A stretch of DNA of 64,000 bases from Squalus acanthias (taxonomy: Eukaryota): assembly GCA_030390025.1 (NCBI GenBank), contig CM059432.1:51028001-51092000 (forward strand). The letters run 5' to 3'. This document shows, in pieces, positions 1-12,209 of the stretch (its first letter is position 1; each line of letters opens with the position of its first letter). The notes beneath the pieces were generated by a model. It saw nothing but the letters and a program-made list of their open reading frames with translations. It was not told where the DNA came from and did no database searches. A program made the translations under genes and the position numbers.

Positions 1-205
1 TGAACTCCATCTGCCATGCTTCTGCCCATTTCACCACCCTGAAGTCTTCAACTATCCTCATCACTATCTACTACTTTGCAAAGTTTTGTATCATCTGCAA
101 TCTTTATAATGCTGCTCCATACACCTGAGTCTAGGTCATTTATCAAAATTATAAAGAGCAAGGGACCCAAAACTAACCCTTGGGGAACACCACTGCAAAC
201 TACCA
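1..205 (-). mobile_element. CR1 LINE RT fragment
   Basis: Reverse strand reads like the CR1 SGVPQGLVLGPLLF...ADD...WQMEF segment; degenerate. Confidence 0.7.
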
Positions 206-209
206 TGCA

Positions 210-3200
210 TCAGTAGTGTTCAGGACTCCTTTCTTACTCAGTACGCAAGAAGCCCAAGAGAGGAATCACTGCTGGATCTAGTAATGGGAAATGAAACAGG
301 GCAGATAAAAGTAGTCAGCGTAGGTGAACATCTAGGCAATAATGATCACAACAGTTTAAAGTAATGACTGATAAAGACATAAGACAAAGGCCAAAGTAAT
401 ATATTGGGAAAAAACTAATTGAGGGGATGAGAATGGAACTAGGAAAGGTAAACTGGAAATAAAAATTGTCATAGAGATAGAACAGCAGTTTGAAATATTT
501 AAAACAGTGATCAAGAGTGTTCAGGAGAAATATATTCCTCTAAAAACAAGAACAAACTAGTCAATAATGAAACACCATGGGTGAATAAAAAGACAATGGT
601 AACATTGAAACTAATGAAGAAAGCATACACTAAATACATAGACAATAAGGGAATGGATGACAAAAGGGAATACAAAAAGGTTAGGAAAGAAGTCCAAAAA
701 ACAATTAGGAAACTACAAAATTTAATTATCAAGGAATATAAAAAGAAACAGTAATGTATTCTACAGACACATCAACAACAAAAGAAAATCAGGATAGAGA
801 TAGGGCCACTAAGGGATGCACAACCTAAACTCATAGGTAATGATAGCAAAACAGCAGAAATATTGAATAGTTAGTTTGCCTCAGTATTTACCAGGAAGAC
901 TGACAAGGTGGGTATGACAGTAGAAGAAGAGATCAAAAAAGATAAAGACATTTAAGATAGAAAGGGGGAGATAATTGATAAACTAATCAAACGTAGCGAG
1001 GATAAAACATCTGGTCCGGATGGATTGTATCGCACATATTAAAAGAAATTAGGGAAGAGATAGCAGAGGCACTATTACATATATATATAACAAATCATTA
1101 GAAAAGGGAATAGTACCAGAGGACTGATGGACAGCTAATATTATTCCTATATTTAAAAAAAGGGAGATGAAACAAGTCCAAGGAAATATAGACCAGTTAG
1201 CATATCGTCGATGGTAGGAAAGATAATAGGATCTTTACTCAAAGATGTAATAGAAAAACCATCTAGAAACCATAACTATAATAGAGTAGTCAACACGGAT
1301 TTCAAAAGGGAGGGTTATGCTTGACCAACCTTATTGAATTCTTTGAAGAAGTTAACAGGAAGAGCAGACAAGGGTAATGTAATAGATGTAATATATTTGG
1401 ATTTTCAAAAGCCCTTATATTAGTAGACTCATGACTTAAGGTCAGAGCATGTGGAGTAAGGGGACAGGTGGCAAGCTGGCTGCAAAACAGAAACAGAGAG
1501 TAAGGGTAAAGGGTAGTTACTCAGACTGGCAAAAGGTGGGAAGTGGTGTTCCACAGGGATCAGTGCGGAGAACACTGCTGCTCAAAATTTACATTCCCGA
1601 TTTGGGCTCCGGAATCGTAAGTACAATTTGCAGATGACACCAAATTGGGGGGGGGGGGCGGTGGAGGGAGGTGTAGTTTTTTAAAATTTGTTTACGGGAT
1701 CAGGGCGTTGCTGGCAATGCCAGCATTTATTGCCCATCCCTAGTTGCCCTTGAGAAGTTGGTGGTGAGCCGCCTTCTTGAACTGCTGCAGTCCACGTGGT
1801 GAAGGTACTCCCACAGTGCTGTTAGGTAGGGAGTTCCAGGATTTTGACCCAGCAACGATGAAGGATCGGCAATATACTTCTAAGTCAGGATGGTGTGTGA
1901 CTTGGAGGTGGTGGTGTTCCCATGCGCCTGCTGCCCTTGTCCTTCTAGGTGGAAGAGGTCGCGGGTTTTGGAGTTGCTGCAGTGCATCTTGTAGATGGTA
2001 CACACTGCAGCCACGGTACGCCGGTGGTGGAGGGAGTGAATGTTTAAGGTGGTGGATGGGATGCCAATCAAGCGGGCTGCTTTGTCCTGGATGGTGTCAG
2101 GAGGTGAGACACTCGCCGCAGAATACCTAGCCTCTGACCTGCTCTTGTTGCCACAGTATTTGTTGTTGGAGCTGCACTCATCCAGGCAAGTGGAGAGTAT
2201 TCCATCACACTCCTTACTTGTGCCTTGTCGATGGTGGAAAGACTTTGGGGAGTCAGGAGGTGAGACACTCGCCGCAGAATACCTAGCCTCTGACCTGCTC
2301 TTGTTGCCACAGTATTTATGTGGCTGGTCCAGTTAAGTTTCTGGTTAATGGTGACCCCCAGGATGTTGATAGTGGGGGATTCGGCAATAGTAATGCCATT
2401 GAATGTCAAGGGGAGGTGGTTAGATTCTCGCTTGTTGGAGATTGTCATTGCCTGGTACTTCTGTGGCGCAAATGTTACCTGACACTTATCAGCCCAAGCC
2501 TGAACGTCATCCAGGTCTTGTTGCATGTGGACATGGACTGCTTCATTATCTGTGTAGTTGCGAATGGCGCTGAACACTGTGCAGTCATCAGCGAACATCC
2601 CCATTTCTGACCTTATGTTGGAGGAAGGTCATTGATGAAGCAGCTGAAGATGGTTAATACAAAGGAAGAATGTGACAAAATACAAGACAACATTAACAAA
2701 CTTGCAGAATAGGATTTTAATTGGCAAATGAATTTCAATATAGGTAATTGTAAGGTGGTACATTTTGGTATGAAGAATAAAGAGGCTACATACTGTCTGG
2801 ATAATAAGAGTCCAATTGGGGTAAAGGAGCAAAGGGATCTAGGATGCAGATACACAAATCACTAAAACTAACAGCGCAGATTAACAAGGCCATAAAAAGC
2901 AAACCAAGCACTGGGGTTCATTTCTGGAGGAATAGAATTCAAAAGCTGGGAAGTCATGTTAAACTTGTATAGAACTTTGGTTAGACCACAGTACTGTGAA
3001 CAGTTCTGGTCTCCATATTATAAAAAGGATATAGAGGCATTGTGGAGGGTGTAAAAAATATTCACAAGGTTGATACCAGAAAGACTGAACAAGCTGGGGC
3101 TCTTTACTCTAGTAAAGAGAAGGCTGAGGGTATACCTGATAGAGGTCTTTAAGATAATGGAAGTGTTTGATAGGATCGATGTACAGAAGATGTTTCCACT

Positions 3201-3590
3201 TGTGGGGAAACCAAAACTAGAGGCCATAAATAGAAGATGGTCAATAATAAATTCAATAGGGAATTCAGGAGAAACTTCTTTACCCAGAGTGGCAAGAATG
3301 GGGAACACGCTACCACAATTAACAGTTGAGGCAAATAGGAATCCAGATAAGCACGAGGTAGAAAGGAATAGAAGGGTATGCTGATACAGTAAGATGAAAA
3401 GGGGTGAGATGAGGCTTGTGTGCAGACTAAATGCCAGCATAGACTTCTACATCCTCCTCGTATTCATTTTGAAGTGATGAACAAGACCATACCAACTGTT
3501 GACAGAGAGTAATGTTACATCAAGTCTACAGCACAGGAACAGGCCATTGGGCCGAATGGCCTGTTTCTTTGCTGCAGACTTGATGTAACA
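210..3590 (+). mobile_element. Degenerate CR1 LINE (EN/RT remnants and 3' tail), interrupted at ~1680-2650 and by a foldback at 3444-3548
   Basis: YRPVS, QHGF, GSGVPQGSV, LNKLGLFTL..RRLR motifs in broken frames; 3' tail TGGGCCGAATGGCCTG. Confidence 0.85.
1680..2650 (-). mobile_element. Non-LTR retrotransposon 3' portion (CR1/Jockey-group RT, family distinct from the surrounding CR1)
   Basis: ORF 2068-2604 MFADDCTVF...LGILRRV...VRSVMEYS; internal ~65-bp duplication (2096-2160 / 2253-2317); small related piece at ~49580-49665. Confidence 0.8.
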
Positions 3591-3643
3591 TTCAGTCTAA
3601 CCTTGATCATCACTTCAAAATGAATACTAGGAGGATGTAGAAG
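3444..3643. repeat. ~200-bp foldback inverted repeat at a CR1 3' end
   Basis: CTTCTACATCCTCC..GAAGTGATGA pairs with TCATCACTTC..GGAGGATGTAGAAG; inner arms AATGTTACATCAAGTCT..AGGCCATT / AATGGCCT..AGACTTGATGTAACATT. Confidence 0.9.
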
Positions 3644-4462
3644 CACATAGCACAATGTAGTGCCAGCTGATTTAAAGCTGCAGACTATTTGAAAAATCTG
3701 CAGTAGGTACTGCTATTCTATTCTTCATTTCGTATCATATGAAACTGTTATACCCCTTCAACAAGACCGTACAGGGTGTACAGAATGGTAGGACACTGGT
3801 CTGCACCCACAATTCCTAATCATAACTGTGTGCAAGTGGTGCGTGAAGTTGAAATGCTTCCCTATGCAAGGGACTGTCCCTGAGCTGTTCTCACATACAC
3901 ATTCCAACAACTGGTTTACAGTAGCATATGGGTAGACTTGGAATGCAATTCGTCTGCCTGTCCTCTCAGCTGCAGTGCATTGCTTGAGAGAAGACAGAAA
4001 TCTACTTTAATTTTGGACTTGCATTCTATCTATTTATACACCCTAACATTCTGCTTGTCTTGGCAATTCCTGCTCTACATTGTAATGGCACTTTAGATAT
4101 TTGGTCAACAGTACATCCAAATCATTTCCCTGACCCAATTTGTTGAATGATTGAGAGAGAAACAAACTCACATTTACAAAAGCACTTCATTGCTTCTCTC
4201 AGGGACCTTTCAGAGCACTTTACAAACAATGAGTTGCAGTTACTGTTGTATTGTGTTTTAAGTCTTTCCTAACCTATATTATTTTGGCTCTCATGTTTTA
4301 GATCACTCGTGCTGAAACCCAGATCCCCAAACCTTCCAAAAAAAAGGCATTTCCTTGCCTTTTCTTTTGAAGATATTTTATCCCTACATGTACCGATATA
4401 GCCAAGAGGGCAGAGAGACAATATGCTTGCAAGACATCACCAATCTTGTTCTGAAACCAGCT

Positions 4463-5395
4463 ACAACAACAAGTATTTACATAGTATGTTTAACGTAGTA
4501 AAACTTCCCAAGGCGCTTCACAGGAGTATTAAAAGACAAAAAATTTGACACCGAGCCACATAAGGAGAAATTAGGGCTGGTGACCAAAAGCTTGGTCAAA
4601 GAGGTAGGTTTTAAGGAGTGTCTTAGAGGTAATGAGGCGGAGAGGTTTAGGCTGGGAATTCCAGAGCTGAGGGCGTGGGCAACCGAAGGCACGGCCACCA
4701 ATGGTTGAGCGATTATAATCAAGGATGCTCAAGGGGCCAGAATTAGAGGAGCGCAGATATCTCTGGTGGTTGTGGGGCTGAAGGAGATTACAGAGATAGA
4801 GGGGGGCGAGGCTATGCAGGGATTTGAAAAAAAGGATGAGAATTTTGAATTTGAGGCATTGCTTAATGTATATCAGCGAGCATAGGGGTGATGGGTGAAC
4901 GGGACTTGGTGCGAGTTTTGGAACACCTCAAGTTTATGTCGGGTAGAATGTGGGAGGCCAGTCAGGAGTGCGTTGGAATAGTCAAGTCTAGAGGTAACAA
5001 AGGCATGGATGAGGGTTGCAGCAGCGGATGAGCTGAGGCAAGGGTGGGGATGGGCGATGTTACGGAGATGGAAATAGGCGGTCTTAGTTATGCCACAGAT
5101 ATGTGGTCAGAAGCTCATTTCAGGGTCAAATATGGCACCAAGGTTGCGAACAGTGTGGTTCAGCCTCAGACAGATGTTAGGGAGAGGGATGGAGTCAGTG
5201 GCTAGGGAACGGAGTTTGCAGCGGGGACTGAAAACAATGGCTTCGGTCTTCCCAATATTTAATTGGAGAAAATTTCTGCTCATCCAGAACTGGATGTCGG
5301 ACAAGCAGTCTGACAATTGAGAGACCGTGGAGGGGTCGAGAGAAGTGGTCGTGAGGTAGAGCTGGGTGTCGTCAGCGTACATGTGGAAACCGACG
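4463..5395 (-). mobile_element. L2 LINE 3' fragment
   Basis: MYADDTQLY...WMSRNFLQLNIGKTE (L2-type RT); (TTG)n-type tail at ~4463. Confidence 0.85.
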
Positions 5396-7138
5396 CTATG
5401 TTAGCGCAAAATACAAGGAAATGCTGCCCATGGAAAATGGCAGGCCTCACCATAGCTGTACAGATCAAATTAGTAATTCAACATGCTCAAACTCCACTTC
5501 CTACCATGCAGGTTTAAGATAAAGTTTGATGATATTGGTATTGTTTCCTAACGTCATCAATTCACTGAGAAAATATCAGATTACATCTTCCTGGCTGCAC
5601 CGAGATGATTAGAAGAGGTCAGGAAAAAATGGTAACTTCCCCTGTACACACTTAAAATGCATTTAACAAATATAACTATACACTGGGAAGGGGGGTTAAA
5701 ATGCTGTATTACTGAGAAAATGATAATTACCAGGTGAACCCAAAAGCAACAAACTTAGAGGGAAACCGTTCATCTTTTTATTAATCAGTAATCTGAATCT
5801 AAAACAAGTTAGAGAATTGGGGTTAGCTTTCGACTACAGCAATATTTAAATCAGCCCATCAGCAGTTACTTCTCTTCATCAAGTACAGTAGAATACCTAA
5901 GTGATGTGAAAAAAATATTAAGCCTTTTTTAAAAAAAAAGCCAGTGTGTAAAATTACTTCTAGCACTAGGATACATCTGCTGCATCCACATGCAATTAGA
6001 TGATATACTCCAAAACACAGCATCTCTCCTTCAAAAGTTAAGTGTTTTAACAATGAAAATGTTGACTGAGCAACATAGCAACTTCTCTATTATTTGGCCG
6101 ATTGCAATTAACTTTGAGGTCATTAAGAATAGCATACTTGTGTTTGAACACTAAACTTCTGGAATGAACTGGATTAATACATTACCTTAACTCTAGAACA
6201 CAATCCATTTAATGAGCTGCAAGATGACAATATATGAAGACTGTATGGACACATGACTTGACAATTACACACCAGTCACACTAACATATCAAACATACCA
6301 GCCCATCTCATTTCTTAATCATTTAGTTCATCACAATTCTTTAGGTATACAAATGTTTCTTATTCCTTGGTGCATCCTAGTAATTGGGAATAGTATCTCC
6401 ATTCGGTCAGATCTACACTCCCTGGCAACTCAATCTTACCTAACTCAATCTTCATTTCCATCATCCTCAATCATTTATGCCAATGAGGTATAACTTTTGT
6501 AATTAAAAATATTCAAGTCTTTAAAAATGTGGTTGCTGATGATTTTTGTCACACCAAAAGCAGTTCAAAAATCAACTTTTCTTGCTTTGGAGTACATGAG
6601 TACATCCTTGACTATATATCCTATGTTACAACATTAACTAATGCAGACAAAGGCTATTATTCCCTTCCTCCACATTAGAAATAACTAATAGCGAGTAAGG
6701 GGTCAGGAACTGACATACATCATGCTGTACTATTGTGGAAAACCATCGATATTGCCACCTTTGGGCTATCAAGCTTACAACACAATAGAAGCAAGAAGCA
6801 TGGGCAGTAGCTGCTCAAGTTAGAGCCCCATCAGTTCATGCAAGGATTCTCAGAAATGTACCATTTTAAAGACAATTCTACCACTTTTGATTAAAAATAT
6901 CAAAATCAGCATGTGTGTTCCAAGTTTCACAGTAGAGGTGAGACTGAATACATGTCACAGTTATACCAGGATCAGGGGTAGTAACCAAGATTAGTACAAT
7001 GCCTCAGATGTTACCTACCTGCTTCTTTCTGTTGCCTTCAAAAGACATTTAATATAATGTTGCACCATGTTCAGATTCAGGTAGTTATAGCTAATTCCCA
7101 TTTCTTTATTTTTAAGTCTCTTTGTGTACTAATTAAGA

Positions 7139-7330
7139 TGCGGAGATGCCGTGTTGGACTGGGGTGGACAAATGAGAAGTCGCACAACACCAGGTTATAG
7201 TCCAACAGCTTTATTTGAATCACAAGCTTTCGGAGCGCTGCTCCTTCACCTGACGAAGGAGCAGCGCTCCGAAAGCTTGCGATTTCAAATAAAGCTGTTG
7301 GACTATAACCTGGTGTTGTGCGACTTCTCA
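7139..7330 (+). mobile_element. Penelope-type short hairpin insertion with 12-bp TSD
   Basis: TSD TACTAATTAAGA at 7127-7138 and 7331-7342; ~75-bp near-perfect inverted arms 7173-7247 / 7255-7330. Confidence 0.8.
7246..7282 (+). ncRNA. Minimal type I hammerhead ribozyme-like motif
   Basis: TCAC-CTGACGA-A-GGAGC(AGC)GCTCC-GAAA-GC-T-T-GCGA: conserved core, 5-bp stem II, palindromic AGCT stem III, stem I TCAC/G(T>C)GA. Confidence 0.6.
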
Positions 7331-8347
7331 TACTAATTAAGAGACTGCTATTAAGGCAGGGACTTTTCAGCAGAGATAGAAGGCAACAATAGGAATGCCA
7401 CTATCCATATCATGTACCCATTTCAATGTTAGTGCCATTATTAAGCTCCAGTTAGCAACTGTAACTTAGTTTCACCTTTTAGGCTTATACCAGGTGTATA
7501 TAGAGAGACAGTTTTACAGCAAAATGGGAAATTTCATTGAACATGCATGGGATGTTAAAATTAAAATTCCAATAGATAAGAAATTCTGTACATTTTATAA
7601 TCTGGCACTTGCTGAACAGACCTTATTTCAACTTAGCATTGTCTTTTCTACACCATCCATTCATGAAGCCAATGCCACTCTGCATATCAAGGAGAATCAG
7701 ACTGATCTTGCTTAGTATACAATTTTATTAAAGCTGCAAAATTTGGCAATATTTGCAATTTGGTTGTACATAGGGCTGTTCTTTCCCCCCCACCCTCTGC
7801 ATGGGTTGCACAGATCTGATAAGGTCCCACGACACTGAAAAATCAAAATCTATGCCAGCAATTTTACACAAGAGCAGGATTTCAGGCAGGATAGTTGCAC
7901 TTTAACTTAGTGAGCAATTTATAGTTGTAATATTACAAACATATACATAGCAATATAAATCAATTGATAATTAACAGCCAAAGTAAATACTTGAAGGTTT
8001 GTATTATGTCTCACTTTCCCATTGTTTAGCAACATTTGTTTAATCGTGCATTTTGGGATTATTTTGTGCATCATGGGAGGTATTGAATAATTTAACAAAC
8101 TGTTATTTTCTGCCTTTTTCTTTCTAGACTAATAATCTGTCCATATTTGTTATGTAGGTAATATTCAAGGTTAAGCTTACTTATAAGAATGCCACAAGTT
8201 AATCATAAATTAGCACAATGGTAGACTGGCACTGATTTTGTTGATGTGCATCTCTGAGCTAATTTCACACTCATTCATGGAGAAAACAAAGTGATTAATG
8301 CCTACATAACACTTCACCAGGAAATGCATACAATGAAAATATCAGCT

Positions 8348-8353
8348 TTTATT
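8348..8353 (-). terminator. Candidate polyadenylation signal of FABP copy A (second AATAAA at 8499-8504)
   Basis: AATAAA on the minus strand downstream of the stop; both sites conserved in copy B. Confidence 0.55.
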
Positions 8354-8535
8354 ATTTTGAAGTCCTGCCTTAACTCTTGACATTTGTCTTTCACCATGCA
8401 GAGACCCTAAAGTGTGACCAAAAATCCCATGAAAAAAGAACAGTCCTAGTTATACAAAATACTGAGGGAAAGTCCAGTGGAAAACAGCAGAAGTGAGGTT
8501 TATTGAACAGAGCCGATCCTCTTTGTTCCAGGTCA

Positions 8536-8589
8536 TCACTTTGCCTTCTCATAGATTCTGGTGCACACCACATCTCCTATGGTGCAAGT
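8536..8589 (-). CDS. fabp: FABP copy A exon 4 (TCTIGDVVCTRIYEKAK*)
   Basis: CAG acceptor; R-x-Y ligand-binding motif; TGA stop. Confidence 0.93.
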   Translation of the reverse strand, partial: TCTIGDVVCTRIYEKAK

Positions 8590-8861
8590 CTGATTTACAA
8601 AGGAAACAGAATGAGTTAAGTATACATCATTAAGCACCACTGTAGGTTTAAATATCAATTTTATAATTCTTGCAAGAAATGTGCGCATCAGTTTGACTCG
8701 CTATAGAGATGATGTTGTAAGCAATTACCTTCATGATAAATCCAGAAACTGTTGGATAACTAGAAAATGTTATCTAAATAATATCCATTGCCACAAATTT
8801 ACACTTCGTTAACAGCAGTAGCTTTTTGGCTCTACCTATATTGAGGTACTGAGGTCCTTAC

Positions 8862-8963
8862 CAATATTAGTTTACCATCCGTCAATTCTCTAACCAATGT
8901 TGTCTCTTTTCCGTCCCACCGTTGTATTTGGATCAGTTTGTCATTATCCATTGTCACTGTGGT
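8862..8963 (-). CDS. fabp: FABP copy A exon 3 ([34 protein letters not shown])
   Basis: 102 nt, canonical FABP exon 3 size; TAG acceptor, GTAAGG donor. Confidence 0.95.
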
Positions 8964-9057
8964 CTATTGGGAATTTGAAACAGAAGAATGTCATTTATCT
9001 CGAGAAGTCGGACACCAAGCAAATCACAACGGTCAACGGGGTTAATCGTCCACACAC

Positions 9058-9230
9058 CTTGGTTTTCCTATCGTCTGCGGTGGTCTCATCAAATTCCTCC
9101 CCTAGCTTGAAATGGATCTTTGTGCTTTTCATAGTACTCTCGGTTGCTATAGTGATCGTGTCGCCGTTCATGGAAATGATAGTCTTGGGCTTGGCATTGT
9201 TACCTAACTTCCTTAGTATCAGACCCACGT
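9058..9230 (-). CDS. fabp: FABP copy A exon 2 ([15 protein letters not shown]...[12 protein letters not shown])
   Basis: 173 nt, canonical; poly-T+AG acceptor, GTGTGT donor; [16 protein letters not shown] signature. Confidence 0.95.
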
Positions 9231-9746
9231 CTAAAAAAAAGAGAATGGAACATTTAATGGCACGAACGGTCACGATGCCGCTTCCACCAAGTGAGGGAAT
9301 GGCAGCGACGTTCCCAGCTCAATCAGCGCAAGAACCAGACGCTTCATCAGACTGTGGCATAAAATAAACCATTTCTGGGAATGCCAAGTCAGGATATAGA
9401 TGGGGGAAAAAAAATCACCTACTACATTCAAAATCAGATTCCAGGCGTACATTTTCTGGTACGATGTATCTTTTCACATTTACTACTTTAAGTGGGTAAA
9501 TCATATACACGATGCTGCAGGCTCTCAGCAAAAATATATCGTGTAATTCCTCCCAGTGTTTCGAACGGAGGCCACTATCGTTACGAATTTGAAGTGCATT
9601 CGCCACTATTTATCTCTGGGATCAATTGTGGACCTTGGCATTTTAACCGGCGCAAAGGACTCCGGCAACCAGCGGGGAGCAGTCCAGCTACAGACCCAAA
9701 ACCAACGATATTATTTGGTGCGGTTAAAATAAAACAGGATCCTCAC

Positions 9747-9819
9747 CCAATTTCTTCATGTACTCATCAAAATTTTCGGTCTTGAGTAAGTTCCACGTTC
9801 CTACAAACGGTTCAACCAT
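9747..9819 (-). CDS. fabp: FABP copy A exon 1 (MVEPFVGTWNLLKTENFDEYMKKL); joined CDS 402 nt = 133 aa, iLBP subfamily IV
   Basis: 73 nt, canonical; GxW and NFDEYMK motifs; GTGAGG donor; all four exons join in frame. Confidence 0.95.
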
Positions 9820-10000
9820 TTTTTGTTTCTGTATCGCTGCCGCTTTAAACGCAGAACAACTGCTGACCCTGTGCGAGGAAAATGACTTTGCAGCGACTGG
9901 AAGAGCTCTCCGGCTTTTAAGCCCCTTGAGCTCAGAACCACGTGCAAAATACTCGAACCAATGTGAAGTGGCAACGTCAGAGATCACCACGGTAAATGTA
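9820..10000 (-). promoter_or_regulatory. FABP proximal promoter / 5' UTR, conserved in all three copies
   Basis: TATA-like CTTAAAA ~100 nt upstream of ATG; CACGTG E-box ~9940; homologous to 30406-30597 and 38912-39096. Confidence 0.55.
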
Positions 10001-11587
10001 GGGAACAAGGCAAGTAAAAAAAAAAGTCAATACATTTTCAACAGTAATCATAAATGTTAGTTCAATGAGAGGTAAAATGCACTCATTCTCTCTCACACAC
10101 ACCTGCAGGGCTACTGTGCACAGACTGGTTTGCGGTATCTGTACTCAACGTTTATAAAGTGCCTTTCGCAGAACGTGGTCCCAGGAGGAGGGGTTTTTAG
10201 GGGAACAGTTGGGGGGGATGTGATTGAAAGCGCAAAGAGACGCGTTTGTTTGGAGGTGGCTTTGGAAGGTGGCGAGAGAGGCAACAAAACAAAGTTTGCC
10301 ACTAAAGTCATAGAAATGATAACACAGGACGATTGCGCTGTCATCTCTATCATTTGTCACTGTGCTAACTGCAGTTATCCAGTGAAAAGTACCAATTTCT
10401 TAAGCAGTTTTACATAACTATAATGTATTATTCCTGGTATCTCTGCTCCTCCATTCTGTTCAGAATCTTATGGTTTATGGATATCCTTTACTAATATCAT
10501 ATCTTGAACTTTTTTCACTCAAAATTAACTGCTTTACATTACTTTGCATTGAACTGCATTTGCCACCTATCTGCCCACTCTTCCGACCTATCTACATTAG
10601 GATAGTTAAAGCTCCTCAATATTATAATTCTGCAAACCTCCCTTAATTGCCTATAAATCTTATCCTTTAATTATTTCCAACTATTCAGTAGTCTATAATG
10701 AACTTCCATTATAGAACATTGAAACAGGAGTAGGCCATTCAGTCCCTTGAGCCTGCTCTGCCACTCAGCTAGATCATAGAATCTTACAGCACAAGAAGGA
10801 GACCATTTTGCCCATCGTACCTGTGCCAGCTCTTCAAAAGATCTATCTAATTATTCCCACTCTGCTTCTCCTCCCTGCTAGCCCTGCCAATTTTTCCTTT
10901 TGCTGATCTGTATCTCAACTCCATTTACCTACCTTTGCTCCATATGGTAAAAGACCTCTTGTTATTTCTTAACTCAATTGAGTCTCTGTCTGAGCACCAG
11001 CATCAATAAATACTTTCCTGTCTATGGCTGTCACCATGTACAAGGCCAACACTCCTCTATATTGTCTATTTACCTTCTCTATATCTCCTGAAATTATATA
11101 GCCTAGAATATTTAGTTCCCAAAGCTGCCCTGGCTGTAGTCAAATTTCCATCAAGGCAATAACATCATACAGTTGATATTCATTATCGCAGCATCAAGAA
11201 AGCTCAGTTCCCAAATGCTCCACTACATCAGTCTCTGCCCCCACTACATTGCCATGGAATCTCTGAAGCTCTCACCAGTGGGTGTACTTTGGCCTGCAAT
11301 TACAATAGACACAGATTTAGTGTTCCTATGGAATTGAAGCAAAAGGGGATATTCCTTCCTACCTACCTTCCTCCTGGTCCATCCATGCAATTCCCAAATG
11401 CATATGCACCCAAGAAAAGCTGTCAGTGAGGCTCGCACCAGGACTCCCCTCAGACTAGAGGATCTGAGAGGGGCCTGGAAGCAATGAGAAAAGGACAGGA
11501 GCAACAAGTAAATTGTTTTTATACTTTATCCAGCAAGATCTTCAGGCCTTAGAACCTTCTGGCTGCTGTTCTCCAGTATTCTGATTA

Positions 11588-11725
11588 CATAGAAACATAG
11601 AAACATAGAAACATAGAAACATAGAATCTAGGAGCAGGAGTAGGCCATTCGGCCCGTCGAGCCTGCTCCGCCATTCAATACGATCATGGCTGATCATCCA
11701 AATCCAGTACCCTGTCCCTGCTTTA
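11588..11725 (-). mobile_element. CR1 3' tail with (ACATAGAA)n
   Basis: Octamer repeat plus GGAGCAGGAGTAGGCCATTCGGCCC tail, same subfamily as the 59758 copy. Confidence 0.8.
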
Positions 11726-11897
11726 ATCCCCACAGTACACATATCCCACCCTACCCCTGTAACCCCACGTATTTAATTACATACGACTTGTAGTTTTTAT
11801 TTTATGTGTGCATTATACTGATGAAGATAGAGAGGTGATTGGGATGGGGGCGGGGGGAGGGGGGGAGTGAGACAGAGTCTGGGCTCACAGAGTTACT

Positions 11898-12195
11898 GCT
11901 CTCTCAGGTGGATGTAAAAGATCCCATGGCACTATTTCAAAGAAGAGCAAGGGAGTTATCCCTGGTGTCCTGGCCAATATTTAACCCTCAATCAACATCA
12001 TTAAAAACAGATTATCTGGTCATTATCACATTGCTGTTTGTGGGAGCTTGCTGTGCACAAATTGGCTGCTGCGTTTCCCACATTACAACAAGTGTCTACA
12101 CTTCAAAAGTAATTCATTGGCGATAAAGCGCTTTGGAACGTCCCACGGTCGTGAAAGTCGCTATATAAATCCAAGTCTTTCTTTCTCTTTCTTTT
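11898..12195 (+). mobile_element. Deu-domain SINE (5'-truncated)
   Basis: GGATGTAAAAGATCCCATGGCACTATTT..GGTGTCCTGGCCAAT core and L2-like tail; matches 43149-43577; paralogous stub at ~40003-40052. Confidence 0.75.
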
Positions 12196-12209
12196 GTAAT
12201 TTAATATGA

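Noticed and set aside
8897..9367. Plus-strand 156-aa ORF (and 28851-29204)
   Set aside because: Antisense shadow of FABP exons 2-3
11588..11626. CRISPR-like or regulatory short repeats
   Set aside because: Spacerless octamer tails typical of CR1 3' ends in eukaryotic DNA
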